Positions 1 through 10,500 of a stretch of DNA of 64,000 nucleotides are shown piece after piece. The notes below the pieces were generated by a model. That model worked only from the letters and a program-made list of their open reading frames with translations. It did not search any database and was not told the DNA's origin. Numbering within the stretch: the first letter of the stretch is position 1; each line of letters opens with the position of its first letter. Location: positions 7,858 to 71,857 of the forward strand of contig CALEFD010000019.1 in assembly GCA_937876995.1 (NCBI GenBank), read 5' to 3'. Origin of the DNA: an uncultured Bacteroidales bacterium (lineage in GTDB: Bacteria; Bacteroidota; Bacteroidia; Bacteroidales; Bacteroidaceae). The position numbers and the translations under genes were made by a program.

Positions 1-465
1 GAAACAGAAGTGGTAGGTCCCGGAATAAACAGCAAAATGGATGAGATTCGTGCAGCATACGGCATACTTAACCTGCGTCAGGTAGATGCAGCTATAGAAG
101 CACGTCATAAGATAGCTGTGGAGTACCGCAAAGCATTCAGAGGATTGGAAGGAATCACATTTATGGACGATATGCCGGGAGTAAAACACAACTACTCCTA
201 TTTTCCAATCTTTGTAGATGCCGATAAATATGGCGAAACACGAGATGAGCTGTACTTCCGTATGCGGGAAGAAAACGTATATGGACGCAGATATTTCTAT
301 CCGCTTATAAGCGAATTTGCAACATACAGAGACCTGCCAAGCGCATCGAAAGAGAACCTGCCAAACGCACATAGAATGGCAGATTCCGTTATCTGCCTGC
401 CTATGCATCACGAACTTAGTGACAGCGATTTAGTAAGAATTATCGATACTATAAAAAGAGTATGA
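1..465 (+). CDS. DegT/DnrJ/EryC1/StrS-family PLP-dependent sugar aminotransferase, C-terminal fragment (5' end lies outside the window)
   Basis: Frame 1 is open from base 1 to TGA 463-465. The translation ...GINSKMDEIRAAYGILNLRQVDAAIEARHKIAVEY...ICLPMHHELSDSD resembles the conserved C-terminal half of DegT-type aminotransferases. The stop overlaps the next start (ATGA). Confidence 0.75.
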   Translation, partial: ETEVVGPGINSKMDEIRAAYGILNLRQVDAAIEARHKIAVEYRKAFRGLEGITFMDDMPGVKHNYSYFPIFVDADKYGETRDELYFRMREENVYGRRYFYPLISEFATYRDLPSASKENLPNAHRMADSVICLPMHHELSDSDLVRIIDTIKRV

Positions 466-1673
466 CAATAATAGTTTTAGCAGGAGGTTCAGACCAGATT
501 GCCCTTATAAACGAACTAAAAAAGAGAGGGCATTACACCGTTCTGGTGGATTATTTTGAAAATCCCCCTGCAAAAATGTATGCAGACAAACATATTGTTG
601 CCAGCACTTTAGATACCGACAGAGTAAAAGAGATTGCTATTTCAGAAAAAGCAGATCTTATATGCACAGCATGTACAGACCAGGCACTTCTTTCGGTTGC
701 AAAAGTATCGGAAGAATTGGGATTACCCTGCTATATATCGTACCAGACAGGTTTGAATGTAACCAACAAACTTTACATGAAGAAGGTATTGGTTAATAAC
801 AACATACCTACATCCAGATATGTCATTTTGGACAAAATGGACAGCGAAGCGCTAAAAGATTTCAGTTGTCCGCTGGTAGTAAAACCTGTGGATTGCAATT
901 CATCAAAAGGTGTAAAAAGAATAGATAACATAGAAGAATTGCCTACCTATTTGAACGAAGCCATCAATTATAGCCGCACAAAAACAGCTATTGTAGAAGA
1001 GTTCAAAGAGGGCACAGAGATTTCTGCCGATTTTTACATAGAAAACGGAGTTGCCAAATATCTGTCGGCAACCACATCACTGAAAATCAAGAACAGAAAA
1101 TCGTTCACCATACTTTGCAGTGATTACCCGGCAATTAACAATAGCCAAAAGGAAAAATTAACCACTATCGTTTCTCAGATTGCAAAAGCATTCAATCTGG
1201 ATAATTGCCCCATGTTAGTACAACTCATTGCCAATGGAGACGACATGTGGGTATTGGAATTCAGCGCAAGAATGGGCGGTGGTTCAAAACACAAGCTAAT
1301 AAAAGTGCTATCGGACGTAGATATTATGTCGGTCTATGTGGATAGAATTTTGGGTGATTACCCATCGATACATCCATCTGAACCTGTAAAGTATTGCAAA
1401 ATGATATACATATACTGCAAACCGGGTATCTTTAATTATGTAGAAGGCTTTGAGAGTTTGCAGAAAGAGGGCATCATAGACACTTACTTCCATTACAAGA
1501 CAAGTGGAATGGAGATACATGGTTCAGAAACCAGTAGTGACAGACCTGCGGGTTATCTTATAACAGCATCTACTGCAGAAGAGTTAGCCCATAAACTACA
1601 ATATGCCGATTCCCATTTGGCGGTTATATCGGCAGATGGAGAAGATATAATGTTACACAATCTGTTATCATAA
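462..1673 (+). CDS. ATP-grasp domain ligase (carboxylate-amine ligase type)
   Basis: 403 aa. N-terminal Rossmann-like pre-ATP-grasp segment (IIVLAGGSDQIALINELKKRGH). ATP-grasp core motifs VVKPVDCNSSKGV, IVEEFKEGTEISADF and VLEFSARMGGG. Translationally coupled to the upstream aminotransferase. Confidence 0.7.
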   Translation: MTIIVLAGGSDQIALINELKKRGHYTVLVDYFENPPAKMYADKHIVASTLDTDRVKEIAISEKADLICTACTDQALLSVAKVSEELGLPCYISYQTGLNVTNKLYMKKVLVNNNIPTSRYVILDKMDSEALKDFSCPLVVKPVDCNSSKGVKRIDNIEELPTYLNEAINYSRTKTAIVEEFKEGTEISADFYIENGVAKYLSATTSLKIKNRKSFTILCSDYPAINNSQKEKLTTIVSQIAKAFNLDNCPMLVQLIANGDDMWVLEFSARMGGGSKHKLIKVLSDVDIMSVYVDRILGDYPSIHPSEPVKYCKMIYIYCKPGIFNYVEGFESLQKEGIIDTYFHYKTSGMEIHGSETSSDRPAGYLITASTAEELAHKLQYADSHLAVISADGEDIMLHNLLS

Positions 1674-1683
1674 GATATTTGGT

Positions 1684-2760
1684 ATGAAAGTAGCAATCAT
1701 TGGAGCGGGCAACGGAGGGCAGGCTATAGCAGCATATCTGGCAATGAAAGGATGCGATGTCTCACTAAGCGACACCGATGCAACACGCATAGCCAGACTG
1801 CAAGAAAAAGGAGGCATTGAACTGACCGGTAAAATAGAGGGTTTTGCCAAAATCTCTCATTTTTCCACAGATTCTGCACAAACCATTGCAGATGCAGATA
1901 TTATTATGGTGACAACCACTGCAAATGCGCATAAAGCTGTAGCAAAACATATAGCACCATTCATTGCCGACAATCAGATTATAGTTCTTAATCCCGGCAG
2001 AACCTGCGGAGCACTGGAATTCAAACAGACACTTACAAAATACGGATGTAACAAAAAATACTATCTGGCAGAAGCTCAAACACTTGTTTACGCCTGCAGA
2101 ATAGTCGAAGATGGTATAGTCAACATAATTGGCATAAAAGACGAAGTACTCTTTTCCGCACTGCCTGCATCCCACACAGACCACATACTCAACACTATCG
2201 CCCCCTACTACCCCTGTTTTACAAAGGCAGAAAATATTCTGCGTACAGGATTAGAGAATATTGGTGCTATTTTTCATCCTTGCGTATGTCTGTTCAATGC
2301 AGCTACCATAGAACGACACGATGAGTTCTGGTTCTACAGAGATATAACCGAACAGGTTGCCAAATTCATTGAAAAGTTCGATGCTGAAAGACTTGCTGTG
2401 GGTAAAGCATACGGAATAGATTTACTGAATGTTACAGATTGGATAAAATTTGCATACAACGACACAAAAGGCGATACTCTATGTGAACGTATGAAGAACA
2501 ATCCGGCTTATCACGATATCAAAGCCCCGGGCAGCATCTTTACAAGACAACTGTTTGAAGATATTCCTACAGGAGTTCTGCCCATAATGGAGTTAGGCAA
2601 AGCCGCCGGAATTAAGACTCCGCTATTGGAATCAATTGTAAACATAATAGAGAACCTATTGGAAATGGATTTCCGTACAGAAGGTCGCACGCTCTCCAAT
2701 TTAGGTCTGAACGGTATGACCAAAGAGGAAATCATAAACTACATCAGCAATGAAATTTGA
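1684..2760 (+). CDS. NAD(P)-dependent opine dehydrogenase family protein (octopine/nopaline/carboxyethyl-norvaline dehydrogenase-like)
   Basis: 358 aa. GxGxxG fold (VAIIGAGNGGQAIAAYLA). Along its length it recalls Arthrobacter opine dehydrogenase: ILNPGRTCGALEF, NIGAIFHPCVCLFNAA, DAERLAVGKAYG, NPAYHDIKAP, EDIPTGVLPIMELGKAAGIKTPL, DFRTEGRTLSNLGLNG. Confidence 0.8.
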   Translation: MKVAIIGAGNGGQAIAAYLAMKGCDVSLSDTDATRIARLQEKGGIELTGKIEGFAKISHFSTDSAQTIADADIIMVTTTANAHKAVAKHIAPFIADNQIIVLNPGRTCGALEFKQTLTKYGCNKKYYLAEAQTLVYACRIVEDGIVNIIGIKDEVLFSALPASHTDHILNTIAPYYPCFTKAENILRTGLENIGAIFHPCVCLFNAATIERHDEFWFYRDITEQVAKFIEKFDAERLAVGKAYGIDLLNVTDWIKFAYNDTKGDTLCERMKNNPAYHDIKAPGSIFTRQLFEDIPTGVLPIMELGKAAGIKTPLLESIVNIIENLLEMDFRTEGRTLSNLGLNGMTKEEIINYISNEI

Positions 2761-4618
2761 CATCAGTTCAGAAGATATATTTGGTTTTATCAAGCCTGTA
2801 GTAGATGTTCACACTATGGGTGTCTATACAATAGCCAACCTGCTACGCGATTGCGGGTATAAGGTCATTGTAGCAAAAGATGAAATAAACAGTTCCATTG
2901 AAAAGGTACACAAACTAAACAATTACACTCTTGTAAAACAATGGATTACCCACAATAGAATAAGCCGATTGGGATTCAGTTACCGATTAGATCCACAAGA
3001 GGGTGCCGATATGTTTCTAAGACTATATCATCTGCTAAAGGATGATAATATGTTTGCCGAACAGGGAGGAGAGATAAAATCCATCTGGTTTGCCGGTCTT
3101 CCTGATACCTGTGCCATTGTAAAGGGCAAAACCAATGGCGCAGTACAAGTATTCCCCGGTAACGAAATGCCGGAAGAATCTTTGCGTGCATTAGGTATTC
3201 CAGAAGATTCATTACCTAAATCTCTGAAGAGTCAAAACGAATACGATGATTTCAGAATAGCTTTTGCAAAGAAACTTATAGAACGCGAAGCGTGGAAGAT
3301 AGAGCCCGCACCTGACCACTATGGCTATAATGAGTGCGGAACAGAGAAAGACACCTACAAAGCCAGATTGGAATATGCCCGCAGCCACCATTCACTGCCC
3401 ATAATACGTACCCACTCAGGCCCTTATAACCCAAACAGGAAAGAGGCGCTGAAAGAGTACAATTCCTGGTGCAAAGATTTGGCTGAATCAAAGCTACTGG
3501 ATGTTCTTTCCATAGGAAGTTCCCAACTGACACAATCAAATTTTGGCGAAGATTGGGAAGACAAACCCAACGGAGGTGGTATTCCGGTAAATTCAGAAGA
3601 AGAATATAGAACCATTAAAGAGAATGCCTCACCTATGCTGGTGCGCACATACGCAGGTACTAAAAATGTACCGGAACTGGCTAAAATTCACGAACGTTCA
3701 CTTAACATTTCGTGGCATGCCCTGTCGTTCTGGTGGTTCAATGAACTTGACGGACGCGGGAAAAACACCCTTTTAGAAAATCTGGAAGAACATTTTGAGA
3801 CCGTCAGATACATAGTCTCCACAGGAAAACCGGTAGAACCAAATGTGCCACATCACTTTGCATTCCGTGGCGCAGACGATGTAACCTACATTGTTTCCGG
3901 TTTTTTGGTAGCAAAAGCATTAAAGAGACTTGGAGTTAGGGAGATGATATTGCAAAATATGCTGAATACTCCCAAATACACTACAGGCGTACAGGATCTG
4001 GCAAAAGGCCGAACTTTAATTAAATTGGTTCGCGAACTGGAAGACGACACCTTTAGAGTAAGCATTCAGTCACGTGCCGGATTAGACTATTTTGCTCCGG
4101 ATTTAGAAGAAGCAAAAGTACAATTAGCCGCAGTAACCTGCCTAATGGACGATCTGGAACCGGACAATGAAAACAGTCCTGAGATAATACACGTTGTAAA
4201 CTACAGCGAAGCGGTACGTTTAGCCACACCACCTATTATTAAAGAGAGCATAAAAATCACTCTTAATGCACTCCATTCATACAGATTTGCAAAAAAGATG
4301 GGCCAGGTTCCAAATATGACATATGATAAAGATGTAGAGGAACGCTACAAATCTCTTCTATATGATTCTCGCGCAGCTATCAGATTATTAGAAGAGAACA
4401 TTCCCAATCTATACACTCCGCAAGGCTTTTACAGAGTATTCAAAGAGGGTTTTCTGGCAGTTCCATATCTTATGGACGAACATAAGAAATATCCTAAAGC
4501 CACTATGTGGAAGACTGCACTAAAAAACGGAGGTATATGTGTTGTAGATGATGATGGCAAAACCATATCCACAGAAGAGAGATACAGATACATTATAAAT
4601 AATTTTGAGCAACTGTAA
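2750..4618 (+). CDS. Cobalamin-binding (DxHxxG) domain protein fused to a roughly 450-aa C-terminal domain; possible fused methylaspartate(glutamate)-mutase-like enzyme
   Basis: 622 aa. The N-terminus VVDVHTMGVYTIANLLRDCGYKVIV fits the B12-binding DxHxxG Rossmann-like domain. The C-terminal part (VRTYAGTKNVPELAKI ... VEPNVPHHFAFRG ... VSGFLVAKALKRLGVREMILQN) loosely parallels, in both order and spacing, conserved blocks I recall from the glutamate mutase E subunit. The start overlaps the upstream stop by 11 nt. Confidence 0.4.
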   Translation: MKFDISSEDIFGFIKPVVDVHTMGVYTIANLLRDCGYKVIVAKDEINSSIEKVHKLNNYTLVKQWITHNRISRLGFSYRLDPQEGADMFLRLYHLLKDDNMFAEQGGEIKSIWFAGLPDTCAIVKGKTNGAVQVFPGNEMPEESLRALGIPEDSLPKSLKSQNEYDDFRIAFAKKLIEREAWKIEPAPDHYGYNECGTEKDTYKARLEYARSHHSLPIIRTHSGPYNPNRKEALKEYNSWCKDLAESKLLDVLSIGSSQLTQSNFGEDWEDKPNGGGIPVNSEEEYRTIKENASPMLVRTYAGTKNVPELAKIHERSLNISWHALSFWWFNELDGRGKNTLLENLEEHFETVRYIVSTGKPVEPNVPHHFAFRGADDVTYIVSGFLVAKALKRLGVREMILQNMLNTPKYTTGVQDLAKGRTLIKLVRELEDDTFRVSIQSRAGLDYFAPDLEEAKVQLAAVTCLMDDLEPDNENSPEIIHVVNYSEAVRLATPPIIKESIKITLNALHSYRFAKKMGQVPNMTYDKDVEERYKSLLYDSRAAIRLLEENIPNLYTPQGFYRVFKEGFLAVPYLMDEHKKYPKATMWKTALKNGGICVVDDDGKTISTEERYRYIINNFEQL

Positions 4619-5656
4619 ATGGGAACAGATTATAAATATTTGGTTGGCATACGTTGCTTTACATATAACCAATCTGCATATATATCGGATGCTTTAAACG
4701 GTTTTGTATCCCAGCAGACCACCTTTCCATTTGTGATAATGGTGGTAGATGATGCATCTGCCGATGGCGAACAGGATGTGATCAAATCTTTCATTACCGA
4801 TAATTTTGATGGCAACACCACAAAAGATGAAAGCAGAGATTATGCCGATATCACATTTGCGCAGCATAAAACCAACAAGAACTGCTATATAGTTGCCATG
4901 TTTCTGCATCAGAACCTATACCGCATAGGAGAGAACGCAAAGAAACTGGACTATCTGTCTGAATGGCGTAACTGCTGTAAATATGAATCTATCTGCGAAG
5001 GCGACGATTTCTGGTGTCATCCATATAAGCTGGCAGAACAGGTAAATTATATGGAGACACACCCTGAAACCGGCCTATGCTACACACCTGCCAAAGCCGA
5101 CAACAACGGCAGAAACTACACCAAAGGCAGCGAATATCGCGGATATGGTCACCTGCTGCAGAACAATATGATACCCACGCTGACCGTTCTGTACAGAACC
5201 GAACTGTTTGACCGTTACTATACAGAGATAAAACCCGAGCAGTACAATTGGAAAATGGGCGATTACCCTATATGGTTGTGGATTGCAGCAAAAACAGATA
5301 TAGGATTTATAGATAAGATTACAGCCACATACCGGGTTCTTCAGGAATCGGTAAGTCATAGCACAGATATTGATAAGACCATCTCTTTTATAGAGTGCAA
5401 ACGCAGTATAAGCATATTCTTCAACAATCTCTTTAACCACGCCAACAAAAAGATTGCATCAAAGATAAATGACAAATCATACTGGAAAATGTTTGAAACA
5501 TATCTTATGGCGTACCGTATGGAGAATGCCATAGAGTTGTATAACAGCCACTGCAAACAGTTTACTCTTGCGCACAAAGCAAGAGGATTTGTGCTGTTGC
5601 ACTTCAGCAACTACAGAAAAAAGAGCTGTGAAAGGTGGAGAATGCGCAAAATTTGA
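4619..5656 (+). CDS. Family 2 glycosyltransferase
   Basis: 345 aa. N-terminal GT-A signature (RCFTYNQSAYISDALNGFVSQQTTFPFVIMVVDDASADGEQDVI) and a DxD-like EGDD. TAAATG junction with the previous gene. Confidence 0.75.
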   Translation: MGTDYKYLVGIRCFTYNQSAYISDALNGFVSQQTTFPFVIMVVDDASADGEQDVIKSFITDNFDGNTTKDESRDYADITFAQHKTNKNCYIVAMFLHQNLYRIGENAKKLDYLSEWRNCCKYESICEGDDFWCHPYKLAEQVNYMETHPETGLCYTPAKADNNGRNYTKGSEYRGYGHLLQNNMIPTLTVLYRTELFDRYYTEIKPEQYNWKMGDYPIWLWIAAKTDIGFIDKITATYRVLQESVSHSTDIDKTISFIECKRSISIFFNNLFNHANKKIASKINDKSYWKMFETYLMAYRMENAIELYNSHCKQFTLAHKARGFVLLHFSNYRKKSCERWRMRKI

Positions 5657-5668
5657 TACTTTAGCACT

Positions 5669-7525
5669 ATGAAACCTAATGTTAGCGTAATAATTCCTGT
5701 TTACAATACAGAAAAACTGTTGTCACGCTGTTTGAAGAGCGTGACAGAACAGTCATTGACCAACATAGAGATTATTTGCGTTAACGATGGTTCCACCGAT
5801 AATTCTCTTGACGTTCTACAAAAGTGGGCAGATAAAGACAACAGAATAGTTGTTATTAATCAGGCTAACGGCCGTCAGGGCAAAGCCCGTAATGCAGCAA
5901 TGGCCGTTGCCAAAGGTGAATACATAGGTATGATAGATAGCGACGATTACATACCAGCCAACTATTTTGAAAAGCTTTACAATGCAGCTGTTACCAATAA
6001 TGCAGAGATTGCCATTTGCGGTATTATAAAAGAGAAGCCTGCAGGTAACCGCACTGTTATAGAGTTCAAGGAAAGCACTGTTGCCACCACCACACAAGAG
6101 AAACTGCAAGTATGCAAATGTCCTCCCGAGTTTCATCCTGTAAACAAGTTATATAGCAAGGAGATGTTGGAGCGTATAGGACTAAGATTTGCAGAAGGAG
6201 TACAATATGAAGACGTCATGTTTGTTTTTCGCGCAATCTGCGAAAGCAACAGATTGGTTACTGTGCCGGACATCTGCTACAGATATGTATTGAACAGCAG
6301 TTCCACAGTAAAATCAAAACAGACTGAGGCCAAACAGTTGCAGAAATACAGTGCCCATAAAGCCATGACAGATTATGCAGAACAAAACGGCATTACCATA
6401 CCAAACAGATACAAAAACCTTACAGTAACACATAAATCTATAAGTGGTATCTGTTTGTGGAAAATCAAAGAGAAGAACAACAAACGTACTCTGCGCCTTT
6501 TTGATGCACTTCCGGTCTGGAGCTGGGAAAAAACTGAAGAGAACGCTTTTAACGCACCCATAGATTTAGTCTATATGTGGGTAGATGGTAACGACCCTCA
6601 GTGGCGTGCCAGGCGCAACAGCTACCTGAACGAGACAGAGAGTGAAACATCGGCAAACAACAGCGAAGCCCGCTGGATAGAAAACGATGAACTAAAATAT
6701 TCACTTCGTTCAGTAGAGCTATTTGCTCCGTGGATAAACAGTATATACATAGTAACCGATAATCAGTCTCCCAAATGGCTTAATACAGATAATCCCAAAA
6801 TACACATTTTAGACCATAGAGAGATACTTCCGGCAGATGCTCTGCCCACATTCAGTGCCACTGCCATAGAGAGCTGTATAAGCAATATCCCCGGACTGAG
6901 CGAATACTTTATTCTGGGAAATGACGATCTGATGCTTACTGCTCCCGTTACACAGACCGACTTTTTCACAGAAAATGGCCTTCCTATAGTACGTCTTCGT
7001 AAAGCTGCATTCAACAAACGCAAAGCCCACAAGAAGGGAAACTATCACATAATATTGGACAGGATGCAGAATTTGGTAGCAGAGAAGTATGGCAAAAATA
7101 TCTTCCATGCCCCACACCACTGTTTCGATTCATACCGTAAAAGTATATACAACCACTGTATAGAAGATATGCAGGCAGAATGGAACCATACTGCCCATAA
7201 CAGATTCCGCAACAATTCCGATATGCACAGAAGCTATATTGGTTACTATATGATTGCAACCGGCAAAGGCAAATTGCATAAAGTAGGACGATACGACCTG
7301 TTCAAAAGTTTTGGCAGCAAGATCAAGGCATTCTTCTGCGGAGAATATGGTTCGTATTCGCGCTGTATTCCAATAACCACTCCAAATTTTGACAAGATAC
7401 TTAATAGATATAATCCGCTGATGATCTGCCTTAACGACGGAGAAAATGCAACCGATAACGACCGCAAACGTATGGTGGAATTTCTGGAAACCCATTTCCC
7501 ACAGAAAAGCAGTTTTGAAAAATAA
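5669..7525 (+). CDS. Bifunctional fusion: N-terminal GT2 glycosyltransferase plus C-terminal Stealth-family hexose-1-phosphate transferase
   Basis: 618 aa. GT2 block VSVIIPVYNTEKLL...ICVNDGSTDNS...IDSDDY. Stealth conserved regions follow: CR1 VYMWVDGNDPQW, CR2 NDELKYSLRSVELFAPWINSIYIVTDNQSPKWL, CR3 YFILGNDD, CR4 around FHAPHHCF. Confidence 0.75.
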   Translation: MKPNVSVIIPVYNTEKLLSRCLKSVTEQSLTNIEIICVNDGSTDNSLDVLQKWADKDNRIVVINQANGRQGKARNAAMAVAKGEYIGMIDSDDYIPANYFEKLYNAAVTNNAEIAICGIIKEKPAGNRTVIEFKESTVATTTQEKLQVCKCPPEFHPVNKLYSKEMLERIGLRFAEGVQYEDVMFVFRAICESNRLVTVPDICYRYVLNSSSTVKSKQTEAKQLQKYSAHKAMTDYAEQNGITIPNRYKNLTVTHKSISGICLWKIKEKNNKRTLRLFDALPVWSWEKTEENAFNAPIDLVYMWVDGNDPQWRARRNSYLNETESETSANNSEARWIENDELKYSLRSVELFAPWINSIYIVTDNQSPKWLNTDNPKIHILDHREILPADALPTFSATAIESCISNIPGLSEYFILGNDDLMLTAPVTQTDFFTENGLPIVRLRKAAFNKRKAHKKGNYHIILDRMQNLVAEKYGKNIFHAPHHCFDSYRKSIYNHCIEDMQAEWNHTAHNRFRNNSDMHRSYIGYYMIATGKGKLHKVGRYDLFKSFGSKIKAFFCGEYGSYSRCIPITTPNFDKILNRYNPLMICLNDGENATDNDRKRMVEFLETHFPQKSSFEK

Positions 7526-7531
7526 ACAACA

Positions 7532-7558
7532 TTCCCCCGAAAGTTAATTTCGAGGGAA
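7532..7558. terminator. Hairpin between convergent operons (candidate bidirectional terminator)
   Basis: TTCCCCCGAAA (7532-7542), loop GTTAA, TTTCGAGGGAA (7548-7558). This gives an 11-bp stem with one mismatch, located between the stop at 7525 (+) and the stop at 7596 (-). Confidence 0.5.
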
Positions 7559-7595
7559 CGTCCGCAATTGGAATAATTTTGTACAATACTATATA

Positions 7596-10500
7596 TTACA
7601 TCATCACTTTCTTTCTGTTCACTATATAAACGCCGGTAGCATTTACAGGAACTTTTACTGTTGCACCCGGAGCAACATCTACCCTTGCTATAATCTGTCC
7701 CGATGTTGAATATACTGTAACCACTGTTTCAAAATCAAGTGATGATTCTATATAAATCACATGATTCTTTCCATATATATTCAAACCTCTCAACGGAGCC
7801 TGTTCTGCTATATAATCAGCATCACCACCTATTGGAATATATTCAAGAACATCGCCTCTGGTTGGAGCACCCTGGCTGTTTGTTTTCAAATATACTCGGA
7901 ACGGCACAGCAGCCTCTGTGTTATCACTTGATACAGCAAAACCTGAACCGTTTGCATCTATCTTATAGAAAGAACCTGTTTCGGCTGCAGGTGTATTCAA
8001 ATAGCTACCATATAATATATATCCATTTCTATCAGAAGTTAAATCAGATGGATCATATATATCAATATTTTGTTCCTCTTTTGAAACGTAGGTAACTACC
8101 TGAGCGTCCAATTTAACAGGAGCAGGAGTAGCAGTATTCTCTGCCTTAAAATTGCCGGACATATCAAATTCATAATATGCAACACCCGGATAAGCCACTA
8201 TATATGGAACATTCATTGTTGTCCAGATATAATCGCTATAATTACGTGTTGTATTATAATATTCAAAATAGTCGTCAGCATTTGCATCGTCCCTGTTATT
8301 CTTATTGTAATATGTATCGTACAGGAAGCTGTTGCTTACTGCATTATCACCAGATTCGTATCTTGAGTCATAACCTGCATCTCCTGCATTTGACATAGGA
8401 CGTACAAACTTCGCCATCTTCTCAGCACCTGCTGTCTCTACACCGGTGAATCCACGCAACCAGTATTCGTGTCCCTTATCTGAATCACCATAGAAGTGAG
8501 TTATTTCACCCTTGTCCTGTGTAGTCACCAGATCGGCAGTAAATGGCAGTATCAAACCTTCCCAACCATCTGTACTGCTGTTTGCATAATAAGCAGGTCT
8601 GCGCTGATACCACATATAGTAACCCTTACTGAAACTATATTCCTTTGGTGCTGCAAAGTTCTGCTTATCAACCAGGAATTGGCTTGTAGCTGCTCTATAT
8701 TCTCCTTTCTGCTGTTGACCTACAAGATGGAATAGTGGATATTTTGTTTCCTGCACTACATCTACTGTATTGTAACTCTTTTCAGGGTTTACAATCAGTT
8801 CCGGTTCATTCGCAGCGCTCATCAACACACTGTATGAATCTTCCTGTGAAGCATCGGCATATATCAGCATATTTCTGGTAAGTCCCTTTAGATAAATACT
8901 CTTTACTCCATCAAAATCAAGCCATGTATTATTAAATCCTGAACCAACTGTTTCTGTACCTGTAAAGTCTATAGCTGTTACATCCCTGTCTATAACCATT
9001 TCTTTATATGAATCTGTAAAGACAGCATCTCTGTTATAGTGAACCTCTGTAGCTACTTCTGTAGGCGACTGTACGGTATATGCAGGAGCACGGAATACAC
9101 GATTATCTGCATCCGTTACAGCATCTATCAATTCAGGTTCATAATCAATAGTAACATCATCTACGGTATTGGAATAACTGTATGTACGTTTCTCTATACG
9201 CATAGGATTATCATTATGATCCTTACCCTGCACCAGACCGTATGTCAGGTTCTGACCAAAGAAGATGTAATCATCTGGATAGATAGGAACAAATTTAGCA
9301 GCAGTACCTTTATCAGGATTTCCTTCTACATATCTAATTTCACCTACGCGATATGGTACTTCGCCCTTTTCGTAACGGAAATCACCCGTTTTCATTCTCT
9401 CCTCAACATAATCTGCATTTCCGTATAATGAGGATGGGTTCTCTTTTCCTTTAAATTCTTTAAGAGCAGGGAAAGCTGACACTCCGTTATTCTGTAGATA
9501 TGCGCCATCGCTACCGGAACGTTTTGTGCTGTTAGTAATGTCGCTGCGTTTCTGCTGATAGTAACCGTTCAGGTTATATGCTACAGTTCCATCTACAAAT
9601 TCACGTGTTGTTGCAGCAGTTGCGCCATTACTGTAACTACCGGTGTATTGCGTATTATTGTAATATGAATTTACTACAGAACCACCAGATGCAATTACCG
9701 GAGCTGTAGTTGGTGTAGCCGATGTAGATACCCAACTGTTATAAACCGCTCCGCCATTATCCGATATACCAGAAGTGGTGAATGAACCCGTCACACCTAA
9801 GTTATATACATTACCACATAACTTATCAAACAGTGAATGTGTCAAGCCACCTATTGTATAACCATCGCCATGCAGATTACCCTGGAAACAATTGTTAGAA
9901 TCTTCAACATCACCAAGCTTCCACTCTTTACCCTTATAGTACAATGGTTCTACATCACTCTGTAGTATAAACTCTAAGTTTTCGGCATACTGTATCTGTC
10001 CGTTATGTTTACCAACCCCATCAATCAGATGGTTGTTATACAACTCTATCAAGTAGTCAAATTCATTCAACTGAACCTCTGTACCATTTCTGTTTTCAGT
10101 ATATACATCATCATTGATATATATCTTTGGATTACGTAACATTGCAGGTTTTTGGGAATATGTATCAGTTATTGAATCCACAAACATATATTCCGGATGA
10201 TCCAATACATCCTTCAAACGATGATAGTTTGCCACAGAGAGTCTCACCGGACTTGAATAGGTTTTACCAAGATATGTCTTGGCATAGTATGCTATCCAGT
10301 ATTCATTCTGATACCAATAGAGCGGAGCACGTCCCTGCTGATATGCTACACCATTCTTATGAGCAAATGCATCGTGTTCGTTAGAGAATATCTCAAATCC
10401 ACCGCTCATAATTTCGTAAGCGCCCGGTGTTACAGTAGGTGTATTCATACCCAATACATCGCCGGGCAGTACGGTCTGAGGAGTCTGCAGTTCGCCTATC

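Noticed and set aside
1308-7495. Numerous 60-140-aa ORFs antisense or out of frame within the glycan operon (for example 1765-2184, 5075-5440, 7130-7495)
   Set aside because: All are nested inside longer ORFs with clear family motifs. Their translations are low-complexity or Cys/Phe-rich and recognisable motifs are absent. They are typical spurious ORFs.
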